A DNA stretch of 64,000 nt from Thermoanaerobaculia bacterium. GTDB lineage: Bacteria; Acidobacteriota; Thermoanaerobaculia; UBA5066. The notes below the pieces were generated by a model that saw only the letters and a list, made by a program, of their open reading frames with translations, did no database searches and had not been told where the DNA came from. Positions 63,588-64,000 of the stretch are shown here, in pieces. Positions within the stretch are counted from its first letter, which is position 1. Each line of letters begins with the position of its first letter. The position numbers were made by a program, and so were the translations under genes. Location: contig CAVRAY010000001.1 in the NCBI GenBank assembly GCA_963719225.1, positions 800,001 through 864,000 of the forward strand, written 5' to 3'.

Positions 63588-64000
63588 GCGCCCGGCGCCC
63601 CGGCGGAGGCGAGTTGGAGGGCGGCCTCGGCGGCCGTCCGCGCGGCGCCGGCGTGGCCCGCGAAAAGCTCTCGCGTGATGGCGGATGCTCGGGCGCGCGC
63701 CGCCTTGTCCATCAGCAGCGGCCGGAGCGCGTCGGCGGCCGAGCGCGCATCCGCCGCGGCGAAGACGGCTCCTTCGGCGGCCTCGAGCGCGGACCTGATG
63801 TTCCCGGTGGACGGCCCGTGCACGACCGGGGCGCCGGCTCGGAGAGGCTCGAGGACGTTGTGTCCGCCTTTCGGCGCGAACGATCCGCCGAGGAGCGCCG
63901 CCTCGGCGAGCGCATACGTTCCGGCGAGCTCGCCGACCGAATCGAGGAGGAAGAGGTCCGCTCGCTCACTTTCCGTGCCTTCGGGGCTCGAGCGCCGGGT
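63584..64000 (-). CDS. waaA: Kdo transferase, 3' part (partial)
   Basis: LLDSVGELAGTYA...GGSFAPKGGHNVLEP...VVHGP. Confidence 0.9.
   Translation of the reverse strand, partial: TRRSSPEGTESERADLFLLDSVGELAGTYALAEAALLGGSFAPKGGHNVLEPLRAGAPVVHGPSTGNIRSALEAAEGAVFAAADARSAADALRPLLMDKAARARASAITRELFAGHAGAARTAAEAALQLASAGAPGA

Noticed and set aside
1-64000. tRNA, rRNA, known riboswitch, prophage or integrase
   Set aside because: No recognisable signatures by eye; an Rfam or tRNAscan search was not possible

Overview
A high-GC (about 70% by eye) bacterial chromosomal window, most likely Acidobacteriota (Thermoanaerobaculia-like; inferred from gene content). It holds about 55 tightly packed genes: a PIG-L deacetylase, an MFS transporter and amidase, gltB, a PAS-GGDEF protein, peptidoglycan hydrolases (beta-lactamase-NamZ fusion, GH3, S66 LD-carboxypeptidase), a CSLREA/IPTL-CTERM surface protein with a propeller kinase and LuxR regulator, lysA, a metal-uptake triad, an ECF sigma/anti-sigma/DUF4097 module, a KAS-methyltransferase-flavoprotein cluster, moeA, two VapBC-type toxin-antitoxin modules, pilB-pilT-pilC-pilS-pilR, and LPS genes (waaC, lpxL, lpxK, waaA). 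I saw no rRNA, tRNA, CRISPR array, transposase or integrase. The most notable signals lie outside the ORF track. (1) An AT/purine-rich motif of about 21-27 bp (consensus GAGATTTTCTT[A/G/C]GAAGG(G)T(G/A)AGAGGG) recurs at least 12 times in both orientations. It mostly forms convergent pairs in clusters and often sits inside coding sequence. (2) A complete leader-peptide attenuator (promoter, 36-aa Thr/Val/Ile/Leu-rich peptide, antiterminator, terminator) precedes glutamate synthase gltB. (3) Many genes have leaderless-type promoters, and two appear to start at CTG in CTGA overlaps. (4) A 36-bp duplication of the lpxL 3' end flanks a GC hairpin. All family assignments come from motif recognition only; no database searches were run.
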